The notes beneath the pieces were generated by a model. The model did not search any database. It saw only the letters and a list, made by a program, of their open reading frames with translations, and was not told the origin of the DNA. Shown here piece after piece: positions 1 to 9,262 of a DNA stretch of 64,000 nt. Both the position numbers and the translations under genes were made by a program. This stretch comes from Candidatus Omnitrophus sp. GTDB taxonomy: Bacteria; Omnitrophota; Gorgyraeia; Zapsychrales; Fredricksoniimonadaceae. The DNA lies in contig DYQZ01000001.1 in the NCBI GenBank assembly GCA_020719005.1, positions 5,779 through 69,778 on the forward strand. Direction: 5' to 3'. The first letter of the stretch is position 1, and each line of letters starts with the position of its first letter.

Positions 1-248
1 TCACGCTCGGCAACGGAGCTAAACTTGAAGCTCCGGAAACATCGATGAAATCTATTAATGCGTTCGTGCGCCTAAAGCAGGGTGAGACGGTTGTGCTCGG
101 GGGGCTTATCACGCGCAATAACGCTAAGCGGACAAGCAGTGTTCCGGTATTAAGCCGGCTCCCCCTTGTTGGAAAATTGTTCTCGTATGAAAGCGTTGAT
201 CGTAGGCGGACAGAATTGGTGGTGCTCATCACGCCGAGGAAAGGATAG
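1..248 (+). CDS. Secretin (GspD/PilQ family), C-terminal fragment; gene starts before the window
   Basis: Frame open from position 3. Typical secretin C-terminus: 'VRLKQGETVVLGGLI...VPVLSRLPLVGKLF...RTELVVLITP'. TAG at 246-248. Confidence 0.9.
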   Translation, partial: TLGNGAKLEAPETSMKSINAFVRLKQGETVVLGGLITRNNAKRTSSVPVLSRLPLVGKLFSYESVDRRRTELVVLITPRKG

Positions 249-250
249 TT

Positions 251-1432
251 GTGGGTAAATATCTGATCGCGAGTGACCGCGTATGGTTTGTTCATGAAAA
301 AGAAGAAGGGTGTGTTTCGTGGGAGGCTTTTGCATCAGCCGATTTTATGAAAGAAGCACCGGCATCAGTATTGTTGACGGAAATAGAATTCAAAAAGAAC
401 GGACCTGTTGTTAATGGTGATGTGCAAAAGAGCATGGGTCCCGCGGTTCTTTTTCCGGCGAACATGACAGTGCAGGAAGAGATTTTAAAGAATGGAATAC
501 GTCAGTGCGCCGGTGTGCGCAGTGAGCGTCTTCATGAAGTGCTCGGTGTATTTCCCAGGGGCAGCGTCAGGACGTGTGTTCCGTATGCATTATCGATACG
601 CGCATTTTTGATCGCGAACGGATTGTTTGAAGAAAAAGCGATCAGGGTTGTGGTCGAAGCGGCGGGAGAGATGGTTTTCTTGACCATCTTTGACGGGATG
701 GAAGTCATTGCCGTGCGCTCCCTGTCAGGGCTTTCTGTAGTTGAGGTTTCCGATGAGGTTTCACGCAGTTTGAAAAGAAGTGATGTTGTTTTGGATGAAC
801 GGACGAACTTCATTGTAAACAACAAAGAGATCGCGGAAATGCTGGTGACAGAAGATGTGTGTACCGGTGCGCAGGCGATCGTTACGGAAACAACACGCAT
901 GGCCTTCGGCGCGCTGGACCGTACAACGTTCAAAATGAATTTCTTACTTCCCGACGAGATTGCACGGCAGAAGCGGAAAGAATGGCGGCGGCGGTCTGTA
1001 GTGGTGTGGGCAGTGGCGGCGTTCGTTGTTGTTCTTGCTTTGTTGTATGTGATCGGGGGAGCTCATATTAAAAAAGAAGCATTAATGAAAGAGCAACGGG
1101 CCTTAGTGGAAATGGGCGAAGCAGAACGTTCGTTGAAAGAAAAAAGCGCCAACGTCTTTCGGGCGGTATTAAGAGAAAGGCCGGTATTGGAATATGAAAA
1201 GATATTCCAGGCGCTTTCAATAAACACACCCCGTGGATGGAGACTTGAGGCGGTTGATATACGCGAACAGGGATCGCTTAAAACGGTCATAGCTGTAACT
1301 TTTTCAGGAACACAGGATGGTGCATTTGTGTGTGAAGGGATGTTCCGTGTTTGTCATGTCCGGTCGTTCTTTGTATCAGGAAAATTGTGGTCTGTTGTTA
1401 ATGCTGAGGTTTATCAATGGGGAGAAAAATAA
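251..1432 (+). CDS. Putative PilM/PilN- or GspL-like inner-membrane alignment protein
   Basis: 393 aa. Cytoplasmic N-terminal domain, one TM helix (VVVWAVAAFVVVLALLYVIGG) after a basic stretch, then coiled coil and small periplasmic domain. Lies between secretin and ATPase. Family call is from context and topology. Confidence 0.55.
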   Translation: MGKYLIASDRVWFVHEKEEGCVSWEAFASADFMKEAPASVLLTEIEFKKNGPVVNGDVQKSMGPAVLFPANMTVQEEILKNGIRQCAGVRSERLHEVLGVFPRGSVRTCVPYALSIRAFLIANGLFEEKAIRVVVEAAGEMVFLTIFDGMEVIAVRSLSGLSVVEVSDEVSRSLKRSDVVLDERTNFIVNNKEIAEMLVTEDVCTGAQAIVTETTRMAFGALDRTTFKMNFLLPDEIARQKRKEWRRRSVVVWAVAAFVVVLALLYVIGGAHIKKEALMKEQRALVEMGEAERSLKEKSANVFRAVLRERPVLEYEKIFQALSINTPRGWRLEAVDIREQGSLKTVIAVTFSGTQDGAFVCEGMFRVCHVRSFFVSGKLWSVVNAEVYQWGEK

Positions 1433-1932
1433 TGCGTATGGTGTTTTTGTTGGGCATTACGGCGGGGATCGTGTTGTGTTTTGTCGGGACAACGGCGTTC
1501 AAAGAAGCACGCGCGATACAAGAAAGAACAGCTGTTTTCAGAGAAAAAATACAGCAGTTAAATAAAGAAAAAGAAGCGTTGTTGTGTTTTGATGAAAGTG
1601 CCCCGGTTCCGCTTGAAACGGTATATGTCCAGTGGATCAAGGATGTGTCGTTGCTGGCAGGCATGAGAAAGGTTTCTTTAGGAGTGGAAATGAAAGAGGC
1701 AAATTCCCTATCGGAAGAAGCACTATTGCTGGGAATAAAAAGATCACGGCTGGGGTTGGTTTTTTCCGGCTTACAGCGTTGGTCGGATCTCACGGGGGTG
1801 TTGGCGGGGATCGATGATCTGGTGCGCATCCCGGAACATTTTCCAGTGGTTGTTGATGCAGTGCGGCAGGAAAAGAATGTTTTATTTGTTGATGTGAGTT
1901 TGTTCGGAACAGCGTCAGGAGAAGAAATATGA
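1432..1932 (+). CDS. Putative PilO/GspM-like bitopic membrane protein
   Basis: N-terminal TM followed by coiled coil. ATG 1432 overlaps the upstream TAA (track start 1417). Operon context. Confidence 0.5.
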   Translation: MRMVFLLGITAGIVLCFVGTTAFKEARAIQERTAVFREKIQQLNKEKEALLCFDESAPVPLETVYVQWIKDVSLLAGMRKVSLGVEMKEANSLSEEALLLGIKRSRLGLVFSGLQRWSDLTGVLAGIDDLVRIPEHFPVVVDAVRQEKNVLFVDVSLFGTASGEEI

Positions 1933-2381
1933 AAAAGAAGATAAAGATCATTAGTGTCGCATTGTTATTTTTAATAGGTATTTCTTCCGGCGTATACGCG
2001 CTCGAAAATGAAATGGAGCGGCTTCGTGAACAGTCACGGATCGAGCGGGTAAAGGAGGAAGAGATCCGGTTGCTGGCGCTTGATCTTGACCGGGTCAAGC
2101 TGGAGGCGGAGAAGAAGAAGGTGTTGGCGGAGGCTGGTGGCATTCTTCAACAGCAAGGCGTCTCTTCCGTAGCGCCTGGGGGCGTTGTGCCGCCGGAGAT
2201 CACGCTTAAGAATATTTTTATCGCAGTGTCACGCAAAGAGGCCGTGTTGGATGTGAATGGTGTGAGGGTGCGTTTGCTGGAAGGAGAGAAAAGAGGGCTC
2301 TTGTTTTTGAAAGAGGTTAACGCAAGAGGGGTGGTGTTGGTGTATGACGGTAAAGAAAATGTGTTGGGTCTGCGGTTATGA
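1929..2381 (+). CDS. Putative PilP/GspC-like protein
   Basis: N-terminal hydrophobic segment, coiled coil, and a C-terminal beta domain ('LKNIFI...EAVLDVNG...LLEGE') resembling the PilP/GspC HR domain. ATGA overlaps at both ends. Confidence 0.45.
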   Translation: MKKKIKIISVALLFLIGISSGVYALENEMERLREQSRIERVKEEEIRLLALDLDRVKLEAEKKKVLAEAGGILQQQGVSSVAPGGVVPPEITLKNIFIAVSRKEAVLDVNGVRVRLLEGEKRGLLFLKEVNARGVVLVYDGKENVLGLRL

Positions 2382-3982
2382 AGAATGAACGGCTCGGCGC
2401 TATCTTATATCAACAGGATGAGACTTGCGGCCGACCCGTGGAAACGGGGTTGTCGTTGCAGCGGGCGTTGTCTTTTCCACAGCGCTTAGGGCGGTTGCTT
2501 GTTGAATATCGCCTGGTCGATGAAGAACGTATCACAAAAGCATTGGCATTACAGGCGGGGTGGCCCGTATTCGACGGAGAATGGATCGTTGATGAAAAGG
2601 GGCTTGATGATACGGGCGCGGCGTTCTTTCTGGAAAAAGAAGTCTTCCCGTTATTGGCCCCTGGCGGGAAAGCTTTTGTCATGGCTGACGGGGATCATCG
2701 GGAGGTGGTCGATCTTTTAAGAGCGCGTTATGGCGCAGATGTAAGATTTTTTATTGCTTCAGAGGCGGCGTTGGTTCAAGCCCTGGCATTGTTAACAAAG
2801 CCGGATCCATCAATATTGTTGGCAGAAAAAGCGTTGTTGAAAGATGTGGCAGAGCGTTTGTTGCAGGAAGCTGTTTCGAGTCAGGCCACAGATATTCATA
2901 TTGAACCATCAGAGAAAGCCGTCGAGGTGCGCTTGCGCGTAGATGGGGTATTGCATTTCTGGTATGCCTTCCCGCGTTCGGAGCTGGGGCGTCTGGTCAA
3001 TGTGTTCTTTCATCGAGCCGAGATCAGCGCAGGGGATTTCTTGAAATTTCACGACGCGCGTTTTGAATACAGGAATGGTTCTTCGGTCGTTGATGTGAGG
3101 CTTTCCCATATTCCTTCTGTCAATGGTCCGTCTTTGGTATTGCGTCTGCTCGATCGCGCAAGATCGCGGGTGGCATTAAAAGATCTTGGATATGCCGCGT
3201 GTCATCAAGAGGCGCTTACGGTTGCACGCGACGTTCCGCACGGACTTATGTTATTGACAGGTCCGACGGGCTGTGGAAAGACAACAACGCTTTACGCCAT
3301 GCTCGAGGAAATGCGTGGGGTCAGCACCAAGGTTGTTACCGTCGAAGATCCCGTTGAAGTGCGCATGCCACTCGTAACTCAGGTGCAGGTCGATATTCAA
3401 AAAGGGCATGATTTCTCGAATGTGACGCGGGCTTTGTTAAGGCATGATCCGGACGTGATCCTGATAGGAGAGGTGCGTGATGAAAAGACCGCGCGCGAGG
3501 CGTTGCGTGCTGCGATGACCGGGCATCGGGTGCTTGCGACCCTGCATACCAATGATGCGCCGGGTGCGATCTTAAGGTTGAAAGATTTGGGGCTCGAGTA
3601 TGGGCAGATCGCGAATGTGCTTGTGTGTGTCGGCGCCCAGCGGCTTGTGCGAAAACTTTGTCCGCATTGCAAAAAAGAGGTGACCGTTTATCGGAATAAA
3701 GTCAGTGCGCCGATGAAGAAATATTTGAAACAGGAAATAGTTCAGGTTTGGACGCCTGTTGGGTGTGAACGCTGCCGGGGAGGTTTTAAAGGGCGAACGG
3801 TTGTTGCCGAGATCTTTGTGATGGATGATGCGTCCCGATTCCTTATTGAACAGGGGCTTATTCATGAGCTTGTTTTGAAATTGAAAGAGAATAAAAATGT
3901 GATGAACATGAAGGGCGATGCCGGACGGTTGATCGAGGAGGGCATTATTTCTTTGTGCGAGGCGGTGAGGGTATGCGGATGA
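2378..3982 (+). CDS. gspE: GspE/PilB family secretion or pilus assembly ATPase
   Basis: ATDIHIEP, RLRVDG, Walker A GPTGCGKT, Asp box TVEDPVE, Walker B 'LRHDPDVILIGEVRD', His box TGH...TLHTN, tetracysteine CPHC...CERC. Confidence 0.95.
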   Translation: MKNERLGAILYQQDETCGRPVETGLSLQRALSFPQRLGRLLVEYRLVDEERITKALALQAGWPVFDGEWIVDEKGLDDTGAAFFLEKEVFPLLAPGGKAFVMADGDHREVVDLLRARYGADVRFFIASEAALVQALALLTKPDPSILLAEKALLKDVAERLLQEAVSSQATDIHIEPSEKAVEVRLRVDGVLHFWYAFPRSELGRLVNVFFHRAEISAGDFLKFHDARFEYRNGSSVVDVRLSHIPSVNGPSLVLRLLDRARSRVALKDLGYAACHQEALTVARDVPHGLMLLTGPTGCGKTTTLYAMLEEMRGVSTKVVTVEDPVEVRMPLVTQVQVDIQKGHDFSNVTRALLRHDPDVILIGEVRDEKTAREALRAAMTGHRVLATLHTNDAPGAILRLKDLGLEYGQIANVLVCVGAQRLVRKLCPHCKKEVTVYRNKVSAPMKKYLKQEIVQVWTPVGCERCRGGFKGRTVVAEIFVMDDASRFLIEQGLIHELVLKLKENKNVMNMKGDAGRLIEEGIISLCEAVRVCG

Positions 3983-5196
3983 TGTGCTGGAAATATGTAG
4001 CTATTGATCGTTCGGGGCGGGAAGAAAGCGGTTCTATCGACGGGAGCCGTGCTTTTGCACGTCAATTGTTGAGTGAAAAAGGCTTGGCGATCGTTATTTT
4101 ATATCCCTCTTTCAAGAGGTTCGGGCATAACGTTGTGTGCGCTAGGATCCGGCCGTTGTCATCAAAACAGCTGGTTTTATTTTTCAGGGATCTGGCGAAT
4201 ATGTTCGAGGCCGGGCTTGCCATTAATCAGGCACTGCTTGTTTTTAAGGAAAGCCTTGCTGACGGGAATACCGCCTTTTTTTGTCGAAGCATTCAAGAGA
4301 AATTGGCGCAGGGAGCGTCGCTGGCGGAGGCGGTCGATACAGGTGGCGTTATTCCAAAGGTCGCTGTCCAAGCGCTTCGTTCGGCTGAGCGTGCGGGTAG
4401 ATTGCCTGAAGTCTTGCGGATGCTGGCAGATTATTATGAAAAGATCCTGCAGGTGCGTCAAAAAACAGCAGGTGCTGTTATTTATCCAGTGATCGTGATG
4501 GGGCTTTTAGCAACAGTGCTGGTGTATATGTCGGTAGTTGTTGTTCCGCAAGTAGAGATGTTTTTGCCATCGTCGACGATGAAAGGGCCGCTCACCATGG
4601 CATTAATAAATATCAGTAAAGCGCTTCGCGTGGGTTGGCCATGGTTTTTGTTGGGAGGGGGCGTTCTTGGTGCGGGAGGGGTTGTGTGTTGGAAAAGGCG
4701 TCCTCTATGGTTTGAAGAGACTCTCGATCAGATGGCTGAACGTTTGCCGTGGATCAAGGGAGTAAAGAAGGATCTTTCGTTGAGCATGGCATTTTTTACG
4801 TTAGCGGTGTTGCAAAAAAGCGGTATTCCGATGGATGCGGCGTTGCGGGAAGTTTCTTTTGGTTCTCGGGGACAGACGGCGCGTGCTTTTGAAGAATGTT
4901 TAGCATGTTTATTGGGGGGCATGACGTTATCAGAAGCCGCCCGACGGGATAAATATTTCCCGCGATTCGTGCATGACACGTTGCATTTGGGCGAACAGAT
5001 GGGCAAATACGGTGAATACACCGAGCGGGTCCAGCAGGTTTTTTATAGATCATTTGTTTCGCGGATGGATTTGCTGGCGGAACTTGTTCAGCCGGTGATG
5101 TTGTGTTGTTGTGCGGGGAGTATTGCGCTGGTTGCCCTGGGGATCCTGGGGCCGATCTATGGGAATTTAGCCAATATCGGCGGGATGGTGAGGTGA
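3979..5196 (+). CDS. gspF: GspF/PilC family inner-membrane platform protein
   Basis: Two T2SSF repeats (MFEAGL...GASLAEA...AERAGRL; KSGIPM...GMTLSEA...GEQMGK) and three TMs. Start placed at ATG 3979 (ATGA overlap, GAGG upstream); track start 3955. Confidence 0.93.
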   Translation: MMCWKYVAIDRSGREESGSIDGSRAFARQLLSEKGLAIVILYPSFKRFGHNVVCARIRPLSSKQLVLFFRDLANMFEAGLAINQALLVFKESLADGNTAFFCRSIQEKLAQGASLAEAVDTGGVIPKVAVQALRSAERAGRLPEVLRMLADYYEKILQVRQKTAGAVIYPVIVMGLLATVLVYMSVVVVPQVEMFLPSSTMKGPLTMALINISKALRVGWPWFLLGGGVLGAGGVVCWKRRPLWFEETLDQMAERLPWIKGVKKDLSLSMAFFTLAVLQKSGIPMDAALREVSFGSRGQTARAFEECLACLLGGMTLSEAARRDKYFPRFVHDTLHLGEQMGKYGEYTERVQQVFYRSFVSRMDLLAELVQPVMLCCCAGSIALVALGILGPIYGNLANIGGMVR

Positions 5197-5199
5197 GAT

Positions 5200-6252
5200 A
5201 TGTCTGAAATAGTTGAACAGGCTTTTAATGAAGTGATCGGCCTTATTCATACGGCCCGCCGAAAAGCATTCCAGGCGGCGAATACGGTGTTGATCGAGTT
5301 GTATTGGCAGGTGGGGGAATATATTAGTCGCAAGATGAAAACGGCTGAATGGGGGGAAGGAGTTATTGAGAATTTGGCTCAATATATTGCAAAAGAGCAT
5401 CCGGATCTGAAAGGGTTTACGCGGCGTAATTTCTTTAGAATGAGGCAGTTGTATGAAGTTTATTGTGATGATCCAATTGTCGCGCCACTGGCGCGACAAT
5501 TACCCTGGGCGCACAATGTAGTTGTTTTAAATAAATGTAAGTTGCCGGAAGAACGAGAATTTTATACACGTTTAGCGATCAAAGAGCGCTTGTCCAAAAG
5601 AGCATTGGAACGGCAGATCGATGGGTGTGTTTTTGAAAGAAAAATGCTTGTTTCAACAAAAGTGCTCCCACTGGGAGCACTTTTATATCCCAATATACAA
5701 GAAGAGTTTAAAGATATTTACCTTTTAGACTTTCTGGATCTCCCCGCACATCATTCCGAACAGGATTTGCGCAGTGGTTTGGTCGCTAATTTGAAGAAAT
5801 TCCTCATGGAATTAGGGCGTGATTTTTGTTTTGTTGGTGAAGAATATCCATTGCAGGTCGGGAGCAAGGATTTTTCGGTGGACCTGGTGTTTTTTCATCG
5901 CGGCCTTTCTTGTTTGATCGCCTTTGAACTAAAGATCGATGATTTTAAACCAGCATACATGGGACAGCTTTCTTTTTATCTGGAGGCGTTGGATCGGGAT
6001 GTGCGTAAGCCCCATGAGAAGCCAAGCATCGGGATCTTGCTTTGTAAATCCAAAGATGCAGAAGTGGTCGAATATGTCCTGAGCCGCACGCTTTCGACCG
6101 CACTGGTCGCAGAATATAAAACACGTCTTCCCGAAAAAACAGTGCTTCAACAGAAGTTGCGGGAGTTCTACGAATTGGAGGCACAAAGAGATAGTGAGTG
6201 GAGACAAAACAAAAAAACAAAAGGAGCAGAAAATGAGAAAGAAAAACAATAA
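5200..6252 (+). CDS. yhcG: YhcG/DUF1016 family PD-(D/E)XK nuclease-domain protein
   Basis: LYWQVGEYI, WGEGVI, GFTRRN, LPWAHN, FLMELG.DF.FVG, VDLVFFHRGL, FELK, GQL.FYL, PSIGILLC. Confidence 0.92.
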   Translation: MSEIVEQAFNEVIGLIHTARRKAFQAANTVLIELYWQVGEYISRKMKTAEWGEGVIENLAQYIAKEHPDLKGFTRRNFFRMRQLYEVYCDDPIVAPLARQLPWAHNVVVLNKCKLPEEREFYTRLAIKERLSKRALERQIDGCVFERKMLVSTKVLPLGALLYPNIQEEFKDIYLLDFLDLPAHHSEQDLRSGLVANLKKFLMELGRDFCFVGEEYPLQVGSKDFSVDLVFFHRGLSCLIAFELKIDDFKPAYMGQLSFYLEALDRDVRKPHEKPSIGILLCKSKDAEVVEYVLSRTLSTALVAEYKTRLPEKTVLQQKLREFYELEAQRDSEWRQNKKTKGAENEKEKQ

Positions 6253-6673
6253 AGGTTTTTCATTGGTGGAGCTGGCCATGGCCATGGGGCTTATGGCAGT
6301 GTTGGTTGGCGTCGTCGCGGCGGGTGGCGGGATGATGACGAAGTCGCGTGTTCAGCGGGAAGTTGATTCTATTGAGGGATTAAGACTGGCGGCACAAAAT
6401 TATCTATCGTCGAGCAGTTTGACTTTTACAGGGGTAAGCGTTACCGAACTTAAGAACAAAGGCCTTGTGCCGGCGACATTTGACCCGCTAAAAGCGAACA
6501 GTTTTGGTGGCGATTATAGCGTGAGTGCAAATACGGCGGACAGCACGCGTGTGGATATCGCGCTTGCTTTGATCCCGGAAGATGTTGGGACATCGCTTAG
6601 CGGCGCTTTTAAGGGCCGAGCCGAAGCTCTAACGTATGACAAAACAACCAAGATCTGGAAAGCCACATTTTAA
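6233..6673 (+). CDS. Type IV pilin/pseudopilin (candidate major pilin)
   Basis: Class III signal MRKKNNKG|FSLVEL followed by a hydrophobic helix. AAGGAG RBS upstream of ATG 6233 (track start 6194). Confidence 0.88.
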   Translation: MRKKNNKGFSLVELAMAMGLMAVLVGVVAAGGGMMTKSRVQREVDSIEGLRLAAQNYLSSSSLTFTGVSVTELKNKGLVPATFDPLKANSFGGDYSVSANTADSTRVDIALALIPEDVGTSLSGAFKGRAEALTYDKTTKIWKATF

Positions 6674-6677
6674 TACC

Positions 6678-7094
6678 ATGATATTTTATCGACGGGCATT
6701 CAGTATGATCGAAATAACGCTGGCGTTGTTGGTTATGACACTTTTTATCGGAGGGGTCGTATCAACAGGGCGCGCGGTGATCGAGGATGCGCGCCAGGAA
6801 AAAGTATGGCGGACGCTCAGCGCATTTCTTGAGATCAGCGCGCAGTTTGATGCTGTGAAAGGGAAATATCCTGTCTCGATCGAGGAGGTCGTTTCATTCG
6901 ACACACGCGTACCCTTTTTTAATCCGTGGGGCAATGCGTATGTCGTTGTGCCGTCAGCTGCGTCGTGGTGTATCGAAACACGCGTTCCGTCGGTCCGAGG
7001 GGATATCCACCAAAGCAGTATTTTCGCGAGCGTTCTTTCACAAAAGGACGGGGATGTTCTTCGCGTGTGCAGGCCCGTTGTCACAACACCATAA
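6678..7094 (+). CDS. Minor pilin/pseudopilin
   Basis: RRA|FSMIEI prepilin motif, hydrophobic helix, GspG-like 'NPWGNAY'. Start at ATG 6678 (track 6636). Confidence 0.8.
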   Translation: MIFYRRAFSMIEITLALLVMTLFIGGVVSTGRAVIEDARQEKVWRTLSAFLEISAQFDAVKGKYPVSIEEVVSFDTRVPFFNPWGNAYVVVPSAASWCIETRVPSVRGDIHQSSIFASVLSQKDGDVLRVCRPVVTTP

Positions 7095-7106
7095 AAGAAA
7101 GAGCGT

Positions 7107-8027
7107 ATGGAACAAAAAGTCTTTTTACGTCGTGGTTTTACATTGATCGAACTGGCGATCGTGTTGTGTGTGAGCGCGATGCTCGCCGGGGCGCTGGTGC
7201 CGTCATTCGTTAAGAGTGCGCATATTGAGGCGGCACGTAAGACAGCGGCTGAAATGACGCTCCTTAAAGAAGCGGCACAACATTATTTCTTGAAGAATGC
7301 CGCATGGCCCGAGGATCTTGAAGCGCTGCGCGCATCGGGGGATATTGACGAGCGTTGGCCTGGAAGAAATCCTTTTGGAGATCTTTATGTTGTAACGCCG
7401 GACGTGGGGGGCCTTGTTCTATCAACAAAAGTTCCGTCGGCAATGGGGGATGTGGTGACGGGGGCTCTTGCGATGTCGGTCCAACAAGACGGAGAGGTGT
7501 CTTTACGCGTGACGTCTTCTCTCGATGGAGCGGGTGTGCCGGTGGGCGCGCTTTTGACTTGGCCTTCGGAGGATATTCCCGAGGGATGGGTTTTGTGTGA
7601 CGGCCGGGCGTTAGAACGCGCGGCATATTCGGCACTGTTTGCGCTGCTCGGCGTAAGTTATGGCGTTGGAGACGGAGTCACAACATTCAATGTGCCCGAC
7701 CTGCGCGGGCGTATTCCCGTCGGCTTGGATAATATGGGTGGCAGTGCGGCAAATGTGGTAAGCGGTCCATTGGCACGGACCCTCGGTGGAAAATATGGAG
7801 AAGAATCCCATGCGCTTACAGTGACAGAGATGCCGTCCCATAATCATTATGGATTCGGTGAAAATATTCCCCGCTGGCCGTATGGGACCTCCGGGCCGAA
7901 TAATAATCAAGGCCCTCCTCACGCTGATTATGACAATTATTTGCTCGGCACAACATTCTCCGGCGGAAACGCGTCGCACAATAATCTTCAACCTTCGATC
8001 GCCTTGTATTGGATGATCAAGACATGA
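7107..8027 (+). CDS. Prepilin fused to a phage tail-collar domain
   Basis: N-terminal RRG|FTLIEL pilin with 'NPFGDLY'. C-terminal 'PVGALLTW...PEGWVLCDG...YSALFALLG..YG.GDG.TTFNVPDLRGR' and 'EESHALTVTEMPSHNH...HNNLQP' match tail-collar proteins. Confidence 0.88.
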   Translation: MEQKVFLRRGFTLIELAIVLCVSAMLAGALVPSFVKSAHIEAARKTAAEMTLLKEAAQHYFLKNAAWPEDLEALRASGDIDERWPGRNPFGDLYVVTPDVGGLVLSTKVPSAMGDVVTGALAMSVQQDGEVSLRVTSSLDGAGVPVGALLTWPSEDIPEGWVLCDGRALERAAYSALFALLGVSYGVGDGVTTFNVPDLRGRIPVGLDNMGGSAANVVSGPLARTLGGKYGEESHALTVTEMPSHNHYGFGENIPRWPYGTSGPNNNQGPPHADYDNYLLGTTFSGGNASHNNLQPSIALYWMIKT

Positions 8028-8908
8028 AATATATCCGATATCTTAGCTTGGTAGCATTGATCGTTTTTCATTGTTCTGCGTGGGCGATCGCAGCAAGGGC
8101 CGCGTCCATGATGACGCTCGCCGCCAAGGCAGATTGGTCGTGTGTGGAGTTCAAGACGCTTGGGCCGTGTTATCGAAAAACACTTCCCTACGTTGGGGTC
8201 AAGATCCGATATCGTCAGCCCGTATTATTGGTTGAGACGGTAAAGATCCCCGGAGATACGGTGATCAATGAAATGCGCGTGTTTCTGGGCGCACGATTAA
8301 AACAAAACGCGCGGGCGGCTATGAAACAGAGGACTGGGGTTGATGGCGATCCGTCCTCCGGCGGTGTCTTTAATGGCGACGGGACCGCCTTGTCGATGAA
8401 TGAAGCGCACGTATTCTCGTTCCCGTTGACAGATGTTTTCTCCACCGTTGTCGTAGCCCCTTGCGAAGGCGCGCCGGATTTAGCCGGGCCTATTGGTTAT
8501 ATCAGTGAGCTCGACGCAAAAGAGTGGCGCACGGGTGAAACGGAACAGCGGTTTTGCGGGGATCAGAATGGTGTATGGCCTTTGCCCGGGACATGGCTTG
8601 GCACATGGGGCCCGATCTATCCACGCACGGGCTGGTCGGTGGGAACGACGTCTCCTGTTGCCTCGGCCTTAAGCGCGTATCGGGCGGTCGATATTTCGTC
8701 CATCAAGCCGCAATTGCCGCGTGTTGTATTATCGAAAGTTTTATTCGTGCCGGATCTTTTCTGGGACCGGATGCAGATGGTTTATCCGTCGGCAGGAAAG
8801 TGTATCCGTATCGGTGAGGACCCGCGTTTATGGGAAAACGGAAAGAATTCTTTTGACGGGAAATTTGCATGGATATTCTGGCGAAAAAAAGAGTGTTGTC
8901 TTTTCTGA
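8024..8908 (+). CDS. traU: TraU-family exported Cys-rich protein
   Basis: Signal peptide, conserved-looking Cys residues, 'WGPIYPRTGW', C-terminal 'W.FWR...CC'. Start at ATG 8024 (ATGA overlap). Confidence 0.7.
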   Translation: MKYIRYLSLVALIVFHCSAWAIAARAASMMTLAAKADWSCVEFKTLGPCYRKTLPYVGVKIRYRQPVLLVETVKIPGDTVINEMRVFLGARLKQNARAAMKQRTGVDGDPSSGGVFNGDGTALSMNEAHVFSFPLTDVFSTVVVAPCEGAPDLAGPIGYISELDAKEWRTGETEQRFCGDQNGVWPLPGTWLGTWGPIYPRTGWSVGTTSPVASALSAYRAVDISSIKPQLPRVVLSKVLFVPDLFWDRMQMVYPSAGKCIRIGEDPRLWENGKNSFDGKFAWIFWRKKECCLF

Positions 8909-9258
8909 TATCGACGGTAATAGCGTGTCACTTTGCATCATTAGCATGGTCGGGTGTATATGAATTAAGCCGTGTGGATTATTTTAATATATACGAAATT
9001 CGACGAGAGAAAAACGACACGGCTTCGCGGCAGGCATTCTCATCCGATGATCTGTGGGCGGTGGAAATGACCGATAGCGCCGGCCGTTCGTTTTTACAGC
9101 GTCCGCCGGAAGTTGTGATGGAACTGTTGAACGATCCCAATACTTTGAATGGATCGAAATATCTCGCATGGAACGAGGCGCGCATCAAACATTTGGAGCA
9201 GGCGGCGGCGTTGTTGGACGAAATATCAAAAGATCCGTCGAGGAGAACACAAAGGTGA
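8869..9258 (+). CDS. Exported hypothetical protein (weak resemblance to the TraF N-terminal region)
   Basis: Signal-peptide-like N-terminus. 'PPEVVMELLNDPNTLNGSKYLAW' recalls the TraF 'NPT.ENV..Y' segment. Overlaps the upstream gene and abuts the downstream one. Confidence 0.5.
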   Translation: MDILAKKRVLSFLISTVIACHFASLAWSGVYELSRVDYFNIYEIRREKNDTASRQAFSSDDLWAVEMTDSAGRSFLQRPPEVVMELLNDPNTLNGSKYLAWNEARIKHLEQAAALLDEISKDPSRRTQR

Positions 9259-9262
9259 TGTG

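Noticed and set aside
7535-8027. Prophage suggested by the tail-collar domain
   Set aside because: No other phage genes are present; the domain is fused to a pilin.
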